A stretch of DNA of 64,000 bases from Gammaproteobacteria bacterium (GTDB lineage Bacteria > Pseudomonadota > Gammaproteobacteria > QQUJ01): NCBI GenBank assembly GCA_050287605.1, contig JBNKCG010000119.1:15095-79094 (forward strand), written 5' to 3'. Under the pieces are notes generated by a model. The model saw only the letters and a list, made by a program, of their open reading frames with translations. It did no database searches and was not told where the DNA came from. Positions 37,688 to 49,576 of this stretch are shown here, piece by piece. Position numbers and translations under genes: made by a program. Position 1 is the first letter of the stretch; every line of letters starts with the position of its first letter.

Positions 37688-38290
37688 ATGCCGCCCCCCG
37701 CCGCCCACCTCCCCATGACTGCGGTGGCCCTAGCGGGCGGTATGGGACGTCGCATGGGGGGGCAGGACAAGGGTCTGATCGAGCTGGCGGGCCGCCCCAT
37801 GATCGAGTACGTACTGGAGGCGCTGCGTGGCCAGGCGGACGGCATCATCATCAGCGCCAACCGCAATCTTCAACGCTACACGACCTACGGTTGGCCGGTG
37901 GTCACGGATACGATGGCGGACTACTGCGGGCCGCTGGCAGGCATGGCAAGTGCTTTGCGGGCTGCGCCCGACGGTCTGCTGTTGACGGCGCCTTGCGATT
38001 CGCCGCTGATGGCCGGCGACTACGCTGCGCGCATGCGAGAGGCGTTGGAGCAGGCCAATGCCAGGATCGCGGTGGCGCGGGACAATGAGCGACTGCAACC
38101 GGTGTTTGCACTGCTCAGCACCGATCTCCACGCCGATCTGGTCGCCTATCTCGACGCCGGCGAGCGCAAGATCGATCGTTGGTATACCCGCCACCCCATG
38201 GTGGAGGTGGATTTCTCCGATCGCGCGGAGATGTTCCTCAACGTTAACCGCCCCGATGACCGCAATGCGCTGGAAGCGCGAATGCGCTGA
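37688..38290 (+). CDS. mobA: Molybdenum cofactor guanylyltransferase
   Basis: LAGGMGRRMGGQDKGL, GPLAG, PCDSP, FLNVN; ATG after GAGGA. Confidence 0.94.
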   Translation: MPPPAAHLPMTAVALAGGMGRRMGGQDKGLIELAGRPMIEYVLEALRGQADGIIISANRNLQRYTTYGWPVVTDTMADYCGPLAGMASALRAAPDGLLLTAPCDSPLMAGDYAARMREALEQANARIAVARDNERLQPVFALLSTDLHADLVAYLDAGERKIDRWYTRHPMVEVDFSDRAEMFLNVNRPDDRNALEARMR

Positions 38291-38310
38291 CCGCCACGCC
38301 CGTAGAGAGG

Positions 38311-38835
38311 ATGCCCGGCTTGTCCACCAAACCCATACTCGGTTTCGCCGCCTACAGCGGCACCGGCAAAACCACCCTGCTGCGCGCGCTGATTCCCTTG
38401 CTTCGCGAGCGCGGCATCAGGGTCGGGGTTATCAAGCATGCCCACCACAACCTGGAGATCGATACCCCCGGGAAAGACAGCTACGAATTGCGCCAGGCCG
38501 GCGCCGATCAAATGCTGGTTGCCTCCAGGCGTATGTGGGCGTTGCTGGTGGACACGCCCGGTCTGGACGAGCCGCAGATCGACGAACTGGTACGCAAACT
38601 CGATCTCGAACGGATCGATCTGGTTTTGATCGAAGGATTCAAACTGGGGCGGTTCCCCAAAATCGAGCTGCACCGCCCCTCGCTGGGTAAGCCGTTGATC
38701 TTCCCCAACGACGGTACCGTCATTGCGGTAGCCAGCGACGCCCCGGTCACCGTGCCCGATCACTTGCCCCTGCTGGATATCAACGATCTGCCGCAGATTA
38801 CCCAGTTCATCTGCGAATACCTTGCCGGGCGCTGA
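38311..38835 (+). CDS. mobB: Molybdopterin-guanine dinucleotide biosynthesis protein B
   Basis: SGTGKTTL, IKHAHH, DTPGKDS, IEGFK. Confidence 0.94.
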   Translation: MPGLSTKPILGFAAYSGTGKTTLLRALIPLLRERGIRVGVIKHAHHNLEIDTPGKDSYELRQAGADQMLVASRRMWALLVDTPGLDEPQIDELVRKLDLERIDLVLIEGFKLGRFPKIELHRPSLGKPLIFPNDGTVIAVASDAPVTVPDHLPLLDINDLPQITQFICEYLAGR

Positions 38836-38871
38836 CCACGCAGCTACCGCTGTATCGCCGAGCCAGACCTT

Positions 38872-40265
<1,394 letters not shown>

Positions 40266-40266
<1 letters not shown>

Positions 40267-42008
40267 CAGGTCTCTCCCGCGGCCGCCACCAGCCGCATCA
40301 TGAAACAGGCACCGCCCTTGCGCCCGGGGGCGTACTCCAGGCGCCCGCCGTTGGCCTCGACCAGGGTGTTGGCGATGCTCAACCCCAGGCCGCTGCCGTG
40401 GGTTTTGGTGGTATAGAACGGCTCGAACAGACGCGGCACCCGCTCCATGGGAATCCCCGGACCGTTGTCCTCCAGCGCGATATAGACGGCATCCTCCTGT
40501 GCCCATGAACGCAGCGTCAGCACGGCGGGCTTGGAACCGATGGCGTCGAGGGCGTTGCTTATCAGGTTCGCCCATGCCTGCTGCAACAGCTCGGCATCGG
40601 CCATCACCAGGCGCGTGCCGTGATGATAATCGCGCGTGAGGCGCGCGTCAGGCCGGCCTGTCAACGCCAGGCGCAGCGCTCGCTCCAGCGGCGTCACCGG
40701 CTGGATGCGCGAAAACTCAGGTCGGCGGTGGCGCGCGAGCTGCTGAAAATCGCGCAGCAGGCTGTTCAAGCGCGCCGTCTCCTCGCGAATCATGCGTACC
40801 AGCTCGGCCTTGCGCTGCGGATCGTTCGCGGCCTTTTCGAGCATCTGCGCGGCGCTGCTGATCACCCCGATGGGGTTGCGAATCTCGTGGGCCATGGCTA
40901 GCGACATCTCGCCCAGCGCAGTGATCTTGTCGCGGCGAAACTCCTGTTGCTGATCGTCGCGCGCCTCGCGCAAGCGCTCGGCCATGGTATTGAAAGCGCG
41001 CGCCAAGTCGCCTAGTTCGTCACGGGTGCGGACGGGAATGGTGGTACGAAAATCCTGCGCTGCCACGCGTAGCACACCGTCGCGCAACTCCTCCACCGGC
41101 TCCACCACGAAGCGGCTCAGTAGCAGGCCGGTGATTGCCGCCAGCAGCGTGCCGAGCAGGGCGATGGCCAGGGTAAGCGTGACGCGATCAGTGAGGATGG
41201 CATCGCCGCGCTCGCGCGCCAGCCCGCTGAACAGTACCGCTTCGACGACCCCGTCGGAGCCTACCACCGGCGTGTAAAGCCCCCAGAAAGAGCCCTCTTC
41301 GGCGTCGGCGCTGAAATACTCCTCGCGCCGCTGCAGACGCGCGAACGCCTCGCTCGGCAGGCGTAGCCGCAACGGCGCGCTCTCCTCTTCGGCGAAGGCC
41401 TTGGCGAAGTCGTCGCCACGCGGGTAGAACAGCCGCGTTTTGAGTCCACTCATCAATCCCAGACGCTGCAATAGCGTCTTGTCGAACAGCGCGCCGAACA
41501 CCGCGCGGTAGCGCGCCTCACCGCGGCGCGGTACCTCCATAGCCGCCACTGTCGCCAGCAGACGCTCCTCGCCTTGGATCACCCGAACCACCGCCTCCTG
41601 GCGTCCCGGTTCCAGCGGCGTAAGCAGCCGCGTCGGGGCCGACGAATAAATCAGACGGCCTTTCAAATCGTAGAGTTGCACAAAACTGATGCCCAACTCC
41701 CGCGCCAGCGGCTTGAGGCGTTCGGGGATCAGGGGATGGTGCGGGTCCACCTCCCAGCGGTCACGGTTGAACTCCTCCAGGACATCGGCGAACAGCTGTC
41801 CGTTGTGCACCAGGGTATGCAGCCAATCGAGATTTATCTGCGCTGATTCGCGCAGCCAGTTCTCGATTGAGGCATCCACCCGCGCGCTGACCCACGAGGC
41901 GCTGAGACTTCCCGTGACCACCATAGGCACCACGATGATGGCAGTCACTACGGCCAACACCTTGCGTTGCAGCCGATTGACATGCAACCAGCCGAGCATG
42001 CTACGCAT
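40266..42008 (-). CDS. HAMP sensor histidine kinase
   Basis: Two TM segments, HAMP (DELGDLARAFN), AHEIRNP, FEPFYTTK, GSGLGL. Confidence 0.92.
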
Positions 42009-42110
42009 TTTGTTGATCCCTACGCGGAGGGTTGCGCCTACTTTTCAACCGATGCACCGACAAGTCTATAGGTCATTGTTTTTACGACGATTACCGTTTC
42101 ACGAAAAATT

Positions 42111-42125
42111 TGGCAAGGAGATTGC
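42111..42125 (+). promoter_or_regulatory. Sigma54 promoter upstream of the Sel1/DUF599 genes
   Basis: TGGCAA-GGAGA-TTGC, divergent from an NtrC-type regulator pair. Confidence 0.65.
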
Positions 42126-42171
42126 CTTTCTGGAACACACACTTGGATAAACCCACTTAACACGCGCCACT

Positions 42172-42903
42172 ATGCCACTTTGCAGCGAGTTCAATAAGCA
42201 CCACAACCAACGAGGCTTCGTCAACCTTTCCACCCTGGTCCAACTGCGTGGGCCATCCGTCGCAGGACATGCGTTGGGTGCCGCCGCATTCGTGGTCGGC
42301 GGACTGGCGCTGCTGCTTCTGCTCATCGCCAACGCCCCACAAGCCGCTACCGACAACAGCGTCGAGCGCGCCCAGCTGCTTGGCCAGGCCAGTGCAGGCG
42401 AGCCGTCCGCCCAGCGCATGCTCGGTCTCGCCTACCGCGACGGCCGCTACGGCTTGGTGCGCGATCCCTCCGCGGCCCGCGACTGGCTGCACCGAGCCGC
42501 CAAAAACGGCGACCGCTACGCCGCCACGCAATTGGAGCAGATGAACGGCACGATGGCCAACGCATCCCCAGCCGCCGGCGATCCGCCACTGTGGACGTTG
42601 AACGGATTCATCGGCGCAGGCTACCGCCTGTTCCAACGTCTCGATCCCAGCGGTCAATCGATTGCTGCCCTGCGCCGGCGCGCCGAAAGCGGCGACGCCG
42701 TCGCGCAGTTCCAGCTTGCCATACGCTATCGCGACGGTGCCCTGGGGTTGGAGCGCGATCCCCTGCAGGCGCGCCATTGGCTGCAGCGTTCGGCCGCGCA
42801 GGGCAACACGCTGGCGCTACGGACCCTCGCTGCTGCGACACCGCCCAACGGACCGGAGCCCGCCGTCGCCCATTTCGCCATGGCACCGGCCAACCACAAC
42901 TAA
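42172..42903 (+). CDS. Membrane-anchored Sel1-repeat protein
   Basis: TM segment then two repeats AQxxLxxxYRDGxxGLxRDPxxAxxWLxRxAxxG; start uncertain. Confidence 0.82.
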   Translation: MPLCSEFNKHHNQRGFVNLSTLVQLRGPSVAGHALGAAAFVVGGLALLLLLIANAPQAATDNSVERAQLLGQASAGEPSAQRMLGLAYRDGRYGLVRDPSAARDWLHRAAKNGDRYAATQLEQMNGTMANASPAAGDPPLWTLNGFIGAGYRLFQRLDPSGQSIAALRRRAESGDAVAQFQLAIRYRDGALGLERDPLQARHWLQRSAAQGNTLALRTLAAATPPNGPEPAVAHFAMAPANHN

Positions 42904-42940
42904 TCCCACACACACAACGTTGATGCTTAAAGCCCTACTC

Positions 42941-43669
42941 ATGAATCCAGATATCCTTGCTTTCGCCGGCAGCGTGGTGCTGCTGCTTGCCTATCACCTT
43001 CGTCTACGCTTCAAACTGCGCAGTAACCCGCGCTACACCATTCAGGCCATCAACAACGCCGGCCGCACCGCCTGGGTGAAGAACATCATGTCCAATGCCA
43101 ACAAAGACGTGTTGGCGGTGCAGACCCTGCGCAACTCCACCATGGCGGCAACGTTTCTCGCCTCTACCGCCATTTTGCTCATCATCGGCGTCCTCAACCT
43201 GAGCCAGAACGACAGCGTCCCTGCGCAGCTGCTGCACGCTGCGGTGGAGGTTCCTGCGATCGGCTCGCTGATCCACCTGCTGAAGTTAGTCCCCCTTCTG
43301 CTCGATCTGTTCGCCGCATTCTTCTTCTTCTCCCTGGCGATCCGTATCTACAACCATGTGGGCTATCTGATCAACGCGGCCGGCAACCCGGCCTCCCCTG
43401 CCGATCAGCACTACGTGGCGCGTCTGCTCAATCGCGGCGGTGACTACTACAGCCTGGGCATGCGCAGCTACTACCTCTCGGTGCCGTTCGTGTTTTGGCT
43501 CTTCAGTCCCTACTTCATGGCTGCGGCCAGCGTGATTCTGCTCTTCGTGCTCAACCATGTGGATCGTCCGCCCCAGGACAACAAGATCATCACCGGCGAT
43601 GCGGAAGTTGGCGAGAGCAAATTCCAGCTCACCTCACCCAACACTTTTCCCAAAGAAAAAGCGGCCTGA
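42941..43669 (+). CDS. DUF599 family membrane protein
   Basis: LAVQTLRNSTMAATFLAST, GMRSYYLSVP; start at 42923 or 42941. Confidence 0.85.
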   Translation: MNPDILAFAGSVVLLLAYHLRLRFKLRSNPRYTIQAINNAGRTAWVKNIMSNANKDVLAVQTLRNSTMAATFLASTAILLIIGVLNLSQNDSVPAQLLHAAVEVPAIGSLIHLLKLVPLLLDLFAAFFFFSLAIRIYNHVGYLINAAGNPASPADQHYVARLLNRGGDYYSLGMRSYYLSVPFVFWLFSPYFMAAASVILLFVLNHVDRPPQDNKIITGDAEVGESKFQLTSPNTFPKEKAA

Positions 43670-43801
43670 GGCTTCGGGCGCCCAAGGTACGGCCGTCAAC
43701 GGCAGAAGACGCCCGCGTGTGGTCGTCGGGGCCGTCACGCAGCCTCACGGCGCCCATGCGGAACCAGCGGGACAACCCGGAGCCCAATCGGCCATAATGG
43801 C

Positions 43802-44410
43802 GTGCCGATTCGCCGCCGCCTGTGCGTACCGCATCGGCAGCGCGATGTTGAACCGCCACTCAAGGGAGGACACCTCATCACCCGCAAACGCACCCAACGG
43901 GTCTTGACCGTTCTTTGTCTGTCGGTGCTGGTGATGGCCGCCTGGACGACGGCCCCGGCGGCGGGTACCGGTCAGCCGCCAGCTGATATGCAGACGGAGG
44001 GCGAAAACCCCTCGCTTCATCGGTCGTTCGTGCGTACCCGACACCGTCTGCTCGCTTTGGAACAGGCATCCGTGCGGTTCGACCAAATCGCCAAGCTACC
44101 CGCTCCGCAGACACTCCCCGATGGTGAGCGGGCAATGCTTCACCGCTTCGGGCTGTGGGTGGAGAACGCATCCCGCCAGTTGCATGATCAGTTCGACAAG
44201 TGGGACGCCGAGTACGAGCATTTCACCGAAACCGAACCGATGCGCGAGGATCTGGCCGACATCTTTCACCGCATCGACGGCGAGTTTTCGCAGCACTATG
44301 CCGAACTGCGTGATCGACTGCGGGGAGAGCTGGACGCTTACCGCTTCCTGCATCCTGAGCTCGAACAGCGCGTCTCGCAGGTGCGCGAGTCGCTGGATAG
44401 TCTGCGCTAG
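43802..44410 (+). CDS. Hypothetical exported helical protein
   Basis: Hydrophobic signal-like segment then helical region; start uncertain. Confidence 0.5.
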   Translation: MPIRRRLCVPHRQRDVEPPLKGGHLITRKRTQRVLTVLCLSVLVMAAWTTAPAAGTGQPPADMQTEGENPSLHRSFVRTRHRLLALEQASVRFDQIAKLPAPQTLPDGERAMLHRFGLWVENASRQLHDQFDKWDAEYEHFTETEPMREDLADIFHRIDGEFSQHYAELRDRLRGELDAYRFLHPELEQRVSQVRESLDSLR

Positions 44411-47400
44411 TTCCCGTTAGGCAGCGCGCCCTTGCGCAGGATCTGCGTCATGTCGTCCACTCGCAGCGGACGGCTGAAGTAATAGCCCTGGGCGTAGTCG
44501 CAGGACTCCTGTCGCAGGAATTCCAACTGGGAGGCGGACTCCACGCCCTCGGCAACCACTCTCAACCCCAGCCCTTTGGCCATCCGGATCGAGGCTAGCA
44601 CCAGTTCGCGGTCGTGCGGGTCTTCGATGATATCCCGGATGAAACTGCGGTCGATCTTCAGTGAATCAAAGGGGAATTTGCGCAGATAGCTCAGCGACGA
44701 ATAACCGGTACCGAAATCGTCCATGGCAACGCCCATGCCCAATCTGCGTACTTCATCGAGCACTTGCGCGGCGCCGCATTCACCACTCAGCAAGACGCCT
44801 TCGGTAATCTCCAACTCCAGGTTGGTTCCTTGCAGCCCGCTCTCTTCCACACGCCGCTTAAGCAGTTCGACAAAACCCACCTGCCGGAATTGGCGCGGCG
44901 ATACGTTGAGCGCCAGGCGCAGCTGCGAAAAGCCCTCACGACTCCACTCGGCTAGCTGCTGCAGGGCGTTGGTCATCACCCAGTCGCCAATCTCGATGAT
45001 CAACCCGGATTGCTCGGCCACATCGATGAACTCGTCGGGCGATACCTTGCCGAGCTGGCTGTTCTCCCAACGCAACAACACCTCCGCGCCCTCGACCGCA
45101 CCGCTGGCGACAGCGACAATGGGCTGGTAGACGAGAAAAAACTCGTCGCGTTCCAACGCGAAACGCAACTGCTCCTCCAGTTGCAGGCGACGCGCAACGT
45201 TCTTGTTCATCGAGTCGGTAAAGAAGTGATAGGCGTTGCGGCCCATGCTCTTGGAGTGATACATCGCCGTATCGGCATTGCGCAGCAAGAGCAGCGTTTC
45301 TGTGCCATCCTCGGGGTAGATGGCGATGCCGAGACTCGCGGTCAGCATGACGTGGCGTCCCATGACCGGGAACACCTCCTGGAAGGCTTGGACGATTTTT
45401 TCAGCCACCGGGGCGATGTCTTCGGCATCCTCGATCTTGTCGAGCAGCACGATGAACTCGTCGCCTCCCAACCGACCTACGGTGTCTTCGGCGCGCACGG
45501 CGCCCTGCAAGCGGGCCGCCGCGCTGATCAGCACCTGATCCCCCACCTCGTGGCCCAGCGCATCGTTGACTTTTTTAAAATCGTCGAGATCCAGAAACAA
45601 CAGCGCCGTGCGCCAACCGTGGCGGCGAGCGCCTTCGATCTGGCGTTCGAGCCTGTCCAGGGAAAGAAACCGGTTGGGCAGCCCGGTCAGCGGATCATAG
45701 TGGGCCTGGTACAGCAGCTGCTCCTCCTGGCGCTTGCGCTCGGTGATGTCGGTGAACATCCCGAACGAGCCCTGGAAATGCCCATCGTCGTCAAAAACGT
45801 GGGCCAGCGAGGCTAGCGTCCACAGCGTCAGACCGTCACGGCAACGGAAACGTAGCTCCACGCCCTTGAGCTGGCCGGGTCGCTGATTGGCCAGCAGGCG
45901 GTCGAGTTCTGGCAGATCTTCCTCGAACATGAACTCGTGCAGCGGCCGACCGACGATCTCGTCGCCGCGATAACCCAGCATCTCGGCCATGCGCGCGTTG
46001 ACGAAGAGCGTCACGCGTTCCGGGCCCAGCATCCAGATGCCCTCGTTGGCCGTATCGACGATACGGCGATACTTCTCTTCACTGCTGCGCAGCGCGTTTT
46101 CGGCCAGTTTGCGCTGGGTGGAGTCCACCAGCACGGTGATGTTGCCGCTCACCCGGCCTTCGGCGTCGCGCAACGGCGATGCGTAGACGCTGTAATAGAT
46201 GGGGCTGCCGTCGCGTCGCTGACGCAATACTTCCGTGCCGTGGAAACTCTTGCCCTCGCGAATTAGCTCGCGAAGGCGGCCGAACTCGTGATCCTTGTCC
46301 ATGGGCACCGTCGGCGGCTTCTTGCCCATAACCTCGGTTGCCTTCCATCCGAGCATCCGCTCCGCAGCCGAATTCCAGACGGCGTGGACGTTTCCGTCCA
46401 GGTCTAGTCCGAAAATGGCCACCGGCGCCGCTTCTATGATGGCGTTCATCAGCTCGTTGGTGCGCTGAAGATCCTGGCGCGACTGATCGAACTTGATGCG
46501 CGCGCGCAGCACGGAGATGCCAAACGCCAAATCGCCGGCCAGCTCCTCCAGTAGCCGTTTTTCCTGGAGATTGAAGAAGTGTGGCTGTTCGGCATAGATC
46601 ACCAGCACACCAAAGACCTCGTCGATGGGATTCTTGAGCGGCAAAGCAATCACCGAGCGATAACCGCGTTTCAGGGCGCTGTCGCGCCACGGTGCGACCT
46701 CGGGATCGGTGGTGAAATCCTGGGCACAAGCGTACTCGCCGCTGCGTACCGCTTTGCCGGCAGGACCGGCGCCATTCTCCATGTCGCCCCAACTGAAACC
46801 GACCTCCGCCAGGTAGCCATCTTCCGCCCCGGCCCAGGTTACCGGGCGGATGGTTCTAGCGGCATCGTGCTCCGCGTATCCCACCCAGGCCATGCGGTAG
46901 CCCGCCTCCTCACAGACCAGGCGGCAGATCTCGTCCAGCAGCGCATGCTCCTCTTCGGCGCGAATCAAGGCCTGATTGCAGAGGCTGACGGCCCGCAGTT
47001 CGCGATTCACCCGGCGCAGCGTATCTTCGGCCGTTTTGCGTTCAGTGATGTCCTGCACCGTCCCGAACATGCGCGTGGGACGCCCCGCACCGTCGCGCGT
47101 CACTTCGCCCTGCATGTGAATATAGCGCTCCCCGCCACCGAGCCGCCGCAAGCGGTACTCCACATCGAGGCGCAGACCGTCGCTCAGCGCAGCCTTCGCC
47201 GCCTGCCCAATGCGGTCGCTGTCTTCGGGGTGTATCAACCGCTGCCACGGCACGTCGCCTCGGGCCAAAGCCGGGTCGGCGTTGAGCGGCGTCACGCCGA
47301 TGATGTGATAGGTTTCCTCGGAAACGGTGAGCTGATCGGTGCGCAGATCACGGTCCCAGTACCCGATCTGAGCGATGCGTTCCGCCTCCTTGAGCCTTAG

Positions 47401-48720
47401 TTCGTTTTCGCGCAGGCTACGAAACGCTAACAGTCCGGTCAGCGCATCGCTGAGGCGCAGACCGATCTTGTCAAATAATCGTTCCTCTTCCGGCGTCCAC
47501 TGCCGCTGCCTGGAACACTGGTGGATTCCGAACTGCCACGGCTTGCCCAACTTCGGGCGAATCACCATCATCATCGCGCTTTGAATTCCGAATCGCTCGG
47601 CCATCTCGGCGGGAACGGGCTGCGCACTGCCCAATCCCTGCTGAATAGGACCTCCGCTGCTCAACGCAACCTTGATCGTATCCGCAACAGGTTTGGTCAT
47701 AGGGATCTCGCCCAACCCTTGGGCGCCGGGGTACTCCGGTCGCGTCCGCTCCATTGGCACGCTCCAAGAGGTCGCGTTGGAGTCGCAGGGATACATTAGG
47801 TAGGCACGATCACAATTGAACGCGGAAAGGACAATCCCGAGAACATCGCTCATCACTCGTTCAAGATCGTTGCTCCCGGTCATCGCCCGGTTGACGTGAT
47901 CCATGCTTTCGAAATAGTGGAGATTAGCGATGTTCTCGCGCTCGGCGCGTTTGAGTTCGCTGATATCGCGACCTACCGCCAGCACCGTCTCTACCGTTCC
48001 GTCCTTGCTGCTTTCCGGGACGACGAGATATTGCAGGTACAGCGTTTCACCCAAGGCGTTGACCCAGGAGAACTCGATGGTCTGACGAATACCGGTGGCA
48101 AAGGCGCGTTTGAGCGCTGCTACATAGTCGCTCGCCAGCGCCTGGGGCACGTTGGGAATCTCGTCCGCCATGACATTGACCACCTCGTCGGCCGACAGAC
48201 CGCTGCCCCGCTCCCAGGCCGGATTGACGTAGAGACGTCGCAGTGCTCTGTCGTAACGGACGACGAAGTCGGGCAGGTTTTCCACCAGTGTGCGGTACTG
48301 CTGTTCACTGGTCTGCAGCGCTTGGTCCACTCGGCGCCGTTCGGTCACGTCGGTGTAGGTGGTGATGAATCCACCGTCGGGCAGCGGGTTGCCACGTATC
48401 TCCAGCACCGTGCCATCGGCGCGTACGCGTTGGAAACAGTGGGGCTCCAGGCGGCGGGCCAGCGCTAGGCGCTCGCGAACCAGCTCCTCGACGTCGCCCG
48501 GACCGTACTCACCGCGCTGCGCGTTGTAGCGCAAGAAGGACTCCATGGGCGTGCCGGGGACACCCAGCTCGGGGGGGAGGTCCAACAGTGCGAGGAAGCG
48601 CCGATTACAGGCCACCAGGCGCAGGTGGCGGTCAACGATGCTCAGGCCATGGTCCAGATACTCCAGGCCTTCGATGATGGCGTTGAGATTGGTATCCGCG
48701 GCGCCAACTGAATGGGTCAT
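44407..48720 (-). CDS. Cytoplasmic multi-PAS/GAF diguanylate cyclase/phosphodiesterase
   Basis: N-terminal PAS (RGEYGPGD), further PAS and two GAF-like domains, RLGGDEF, EVLLRW, DDFGTGYSSL. Confidence 0.93.
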   Translation of the reverse strand: MTHSVGAADTNLNAIIEGLEYLDHGLSIVDRHLRLVACNRRFLALLDLPPELGVPGTPMESFLRYNAQRGEYGPGDVEELVRERLALARRLEPHCFQRVRADGTVLEIRGNPLPDGGFITTYTDVTERRRVDQALQTSEQQYRTLVENLPDFVVRYDRALRRLYVNPAWERGSGLSADEVVNVMADEIPNVPQALASDYVAALKRAFATGIRQTIEFSWVNALGETLYLQYLVVPESSKDGTVETVLAVGRDISELKRAERENIANLHYFESMDHVNRAMTGSNDLERVMSDVLGIVLSAFNCDRAYLMYPCDSNATSWSVPMERTRPEYPGAQGLGEIPMTKPVADTIKVALSSGGPIQQGLGSAQPVPAEMAERFGIQSAMMMVIRPKLGKPWQFGIHQCSRQRQWTPEEERLFDKIGLRLSDALTGLLAFRSLRENELRLKEAERIAQIGYWDRDLRTDQLTVSEETYHIIGVTPLNADPALARGDVPWQRLIHPEDSDRIGQAAKAALSDGLRLDVEYRLRRLGGGERYIHMQGEVTRDGAGRPTRMFGTVQDITERKTAEDTLRRVNRELRAVSLCNQALIRAEEEHALLDEICRLVCEEAGYRMAWVGYAEHDAARTIRPVTWAGAEDGYLAEVGFSWGDMENGAGPAGKAVRSGEYACAQDFTTDPEVAPWRDSALKRGYRSVIALPLKNPIDEVFGVLVIYAEQPHFFNLQEKRLLEELAGDLAFGISVLRARIKFDQSRQDLQRTNELMNAIIEAAPVAIFGLDLDGNVHAVWNSAAERMLGWKATEVMGKKPPTVPMDKDHEFGRLRELIREGKSFHGTEVLRQRRDGSPIYYSVYASPLRDAEGRVSGNITVLVDSTQRKLAENALRSSEEKYRRIVDTANEGIWMLGPERVTLFVNARMAEMLGYRGDEIVGRPLHEFMFEEDLPELDRLLANQRPGQLKGVELRFRCRDGLTLWTLASLAHVFDDDGHFQGSFGMFTDITERKRQEEQLLYQAHYDPLTGLPNRFLSLDRLERQIEGARRHGWRTALLFLDLDDFKKVNDALGHEVGDQVLISAAARLQGAVRAEDTVGRLGGDEFIVLLDKIEDAEDIAPVAEKIVQAFQEVFPVMGRHVMLTASLGIAIYPEDGTETLLLLRNADTAMYHSKSMGRNAYHFFTDSMNKNVARRLQLEEQLRFALERDEFFLVYQPIVAVASGAVEGAEVLLRWENSQLGKVSPDEFIDVAEQSGLIIEIGDWVMTNALQQLAEWSREGFSQLRLALNVSPRQFRQVGFVELLKRRVEESGLQGTNLELEITEGVLLSGECGAAQVLDEVRRLGMGVAMDDFGTGYSSLSYLRKFPFDSLKIDRSFIRDIIEDPHDRELVLASIRMAKGLGLRVVAEGVESASQLEFLRQESCDYAQGYYFSRPLRVDDMTQILRKGALPNGN

Positions 48721-49065
48721 ACCGAGTCCCCACGGTCGCTATGCACACACCGGTTCGGTATCCTGCCGACCGGGGAGGCTTGCCTATTCGTTGTTGCGGC
48801 ATCGGGCGGCGGCGACTTCACACCGATTTACACACTTGGAATCAGTATAACCCCACCCATGGGCGACGCGACAAACGTCCGCCGGCGACAATTCCCTATC
48901 GATCATTATCTCCCAACCTGCCCCCGAAAAAGGTTGAACACTGAGGATATCCCCCTCTATCCCGAAAGAGATGTCATATCGCAACGCCCATTCAGTCCGA
49001 TTTCAGACCCCGCGCGTAGGATTCTGCTCGTCCCGGAAACATTTCCCTCGCGCCGGAGAAAGAGC

Positions 49066-49212
49066 ATGAACTGTCTGCTACCTCATTCCATCGACCCCCG
49101 CGCCAGACGCATTCGCCGCATCTTGGAGGTACTGATCTGGTGTGGCGCGCTTCTCATACTGGTCGCGGGATCGCTGCATTCGCCACTCATGTGGTTGCTG
49201 GCTTCCACCTGA
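49066..49212 (+). CDS. Putative small membrane protein (48 aa)
   Basis: RBS GGAGA; MNCLLPHSIDPRARRIRR followed by a hydrophobic helix. Confidence 0.4.
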   Translation: MNCLLPHSIDPRARRIRRILEVLIWCGALLILVAGSLHSPLMWLLAST

Positions 49213-49576
49213 CCCCGTATGGATGCCGGCGCCGGCGACCCATCGGGCAAATCCGGCAGGTACCGGGACGGCGGTCGCCGTCGTTTCACGCAAGATCCGC
49301 AGTGACCTCACCTGTGTACACCCGCAGTGCCCACTCAACGCCACTTTTTCGAAGTCGCAGAAAAATCGTGTGGATGCGGAAGGTCGTACGGATTTCGCTC
49401 TAGTCCATACCTTAGAACCTGTCGCAGAAGTCGCTTCACGCATTTCCCTTTAGTTCATACTGAAATAGCCGTCCACCGACCCGCGCCGCCCCCTCGGGGG
49501 TACGGTCTCCGCTCCACGCGGTGAATGCGTTAAGCTATGGCGGCCTGAGTCAGGCCACCGCGAAGCGAGGATCCCC

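Noticed and set aside
49244-49285. GGGCAAA-stem-GGACG resembling a c-di-GMP-I riboswitch
   Set aside because: Lacks the GNRA loop and the following GCAAAGCC/second stem; an Rfam scan would settle it
49500-49576. Possible Moco riboswitch before moeA (also checked before moaA)
   Set aside because: Only a short TAAG-CTATGG-hairpin similarity; the conserved 3' part was not found
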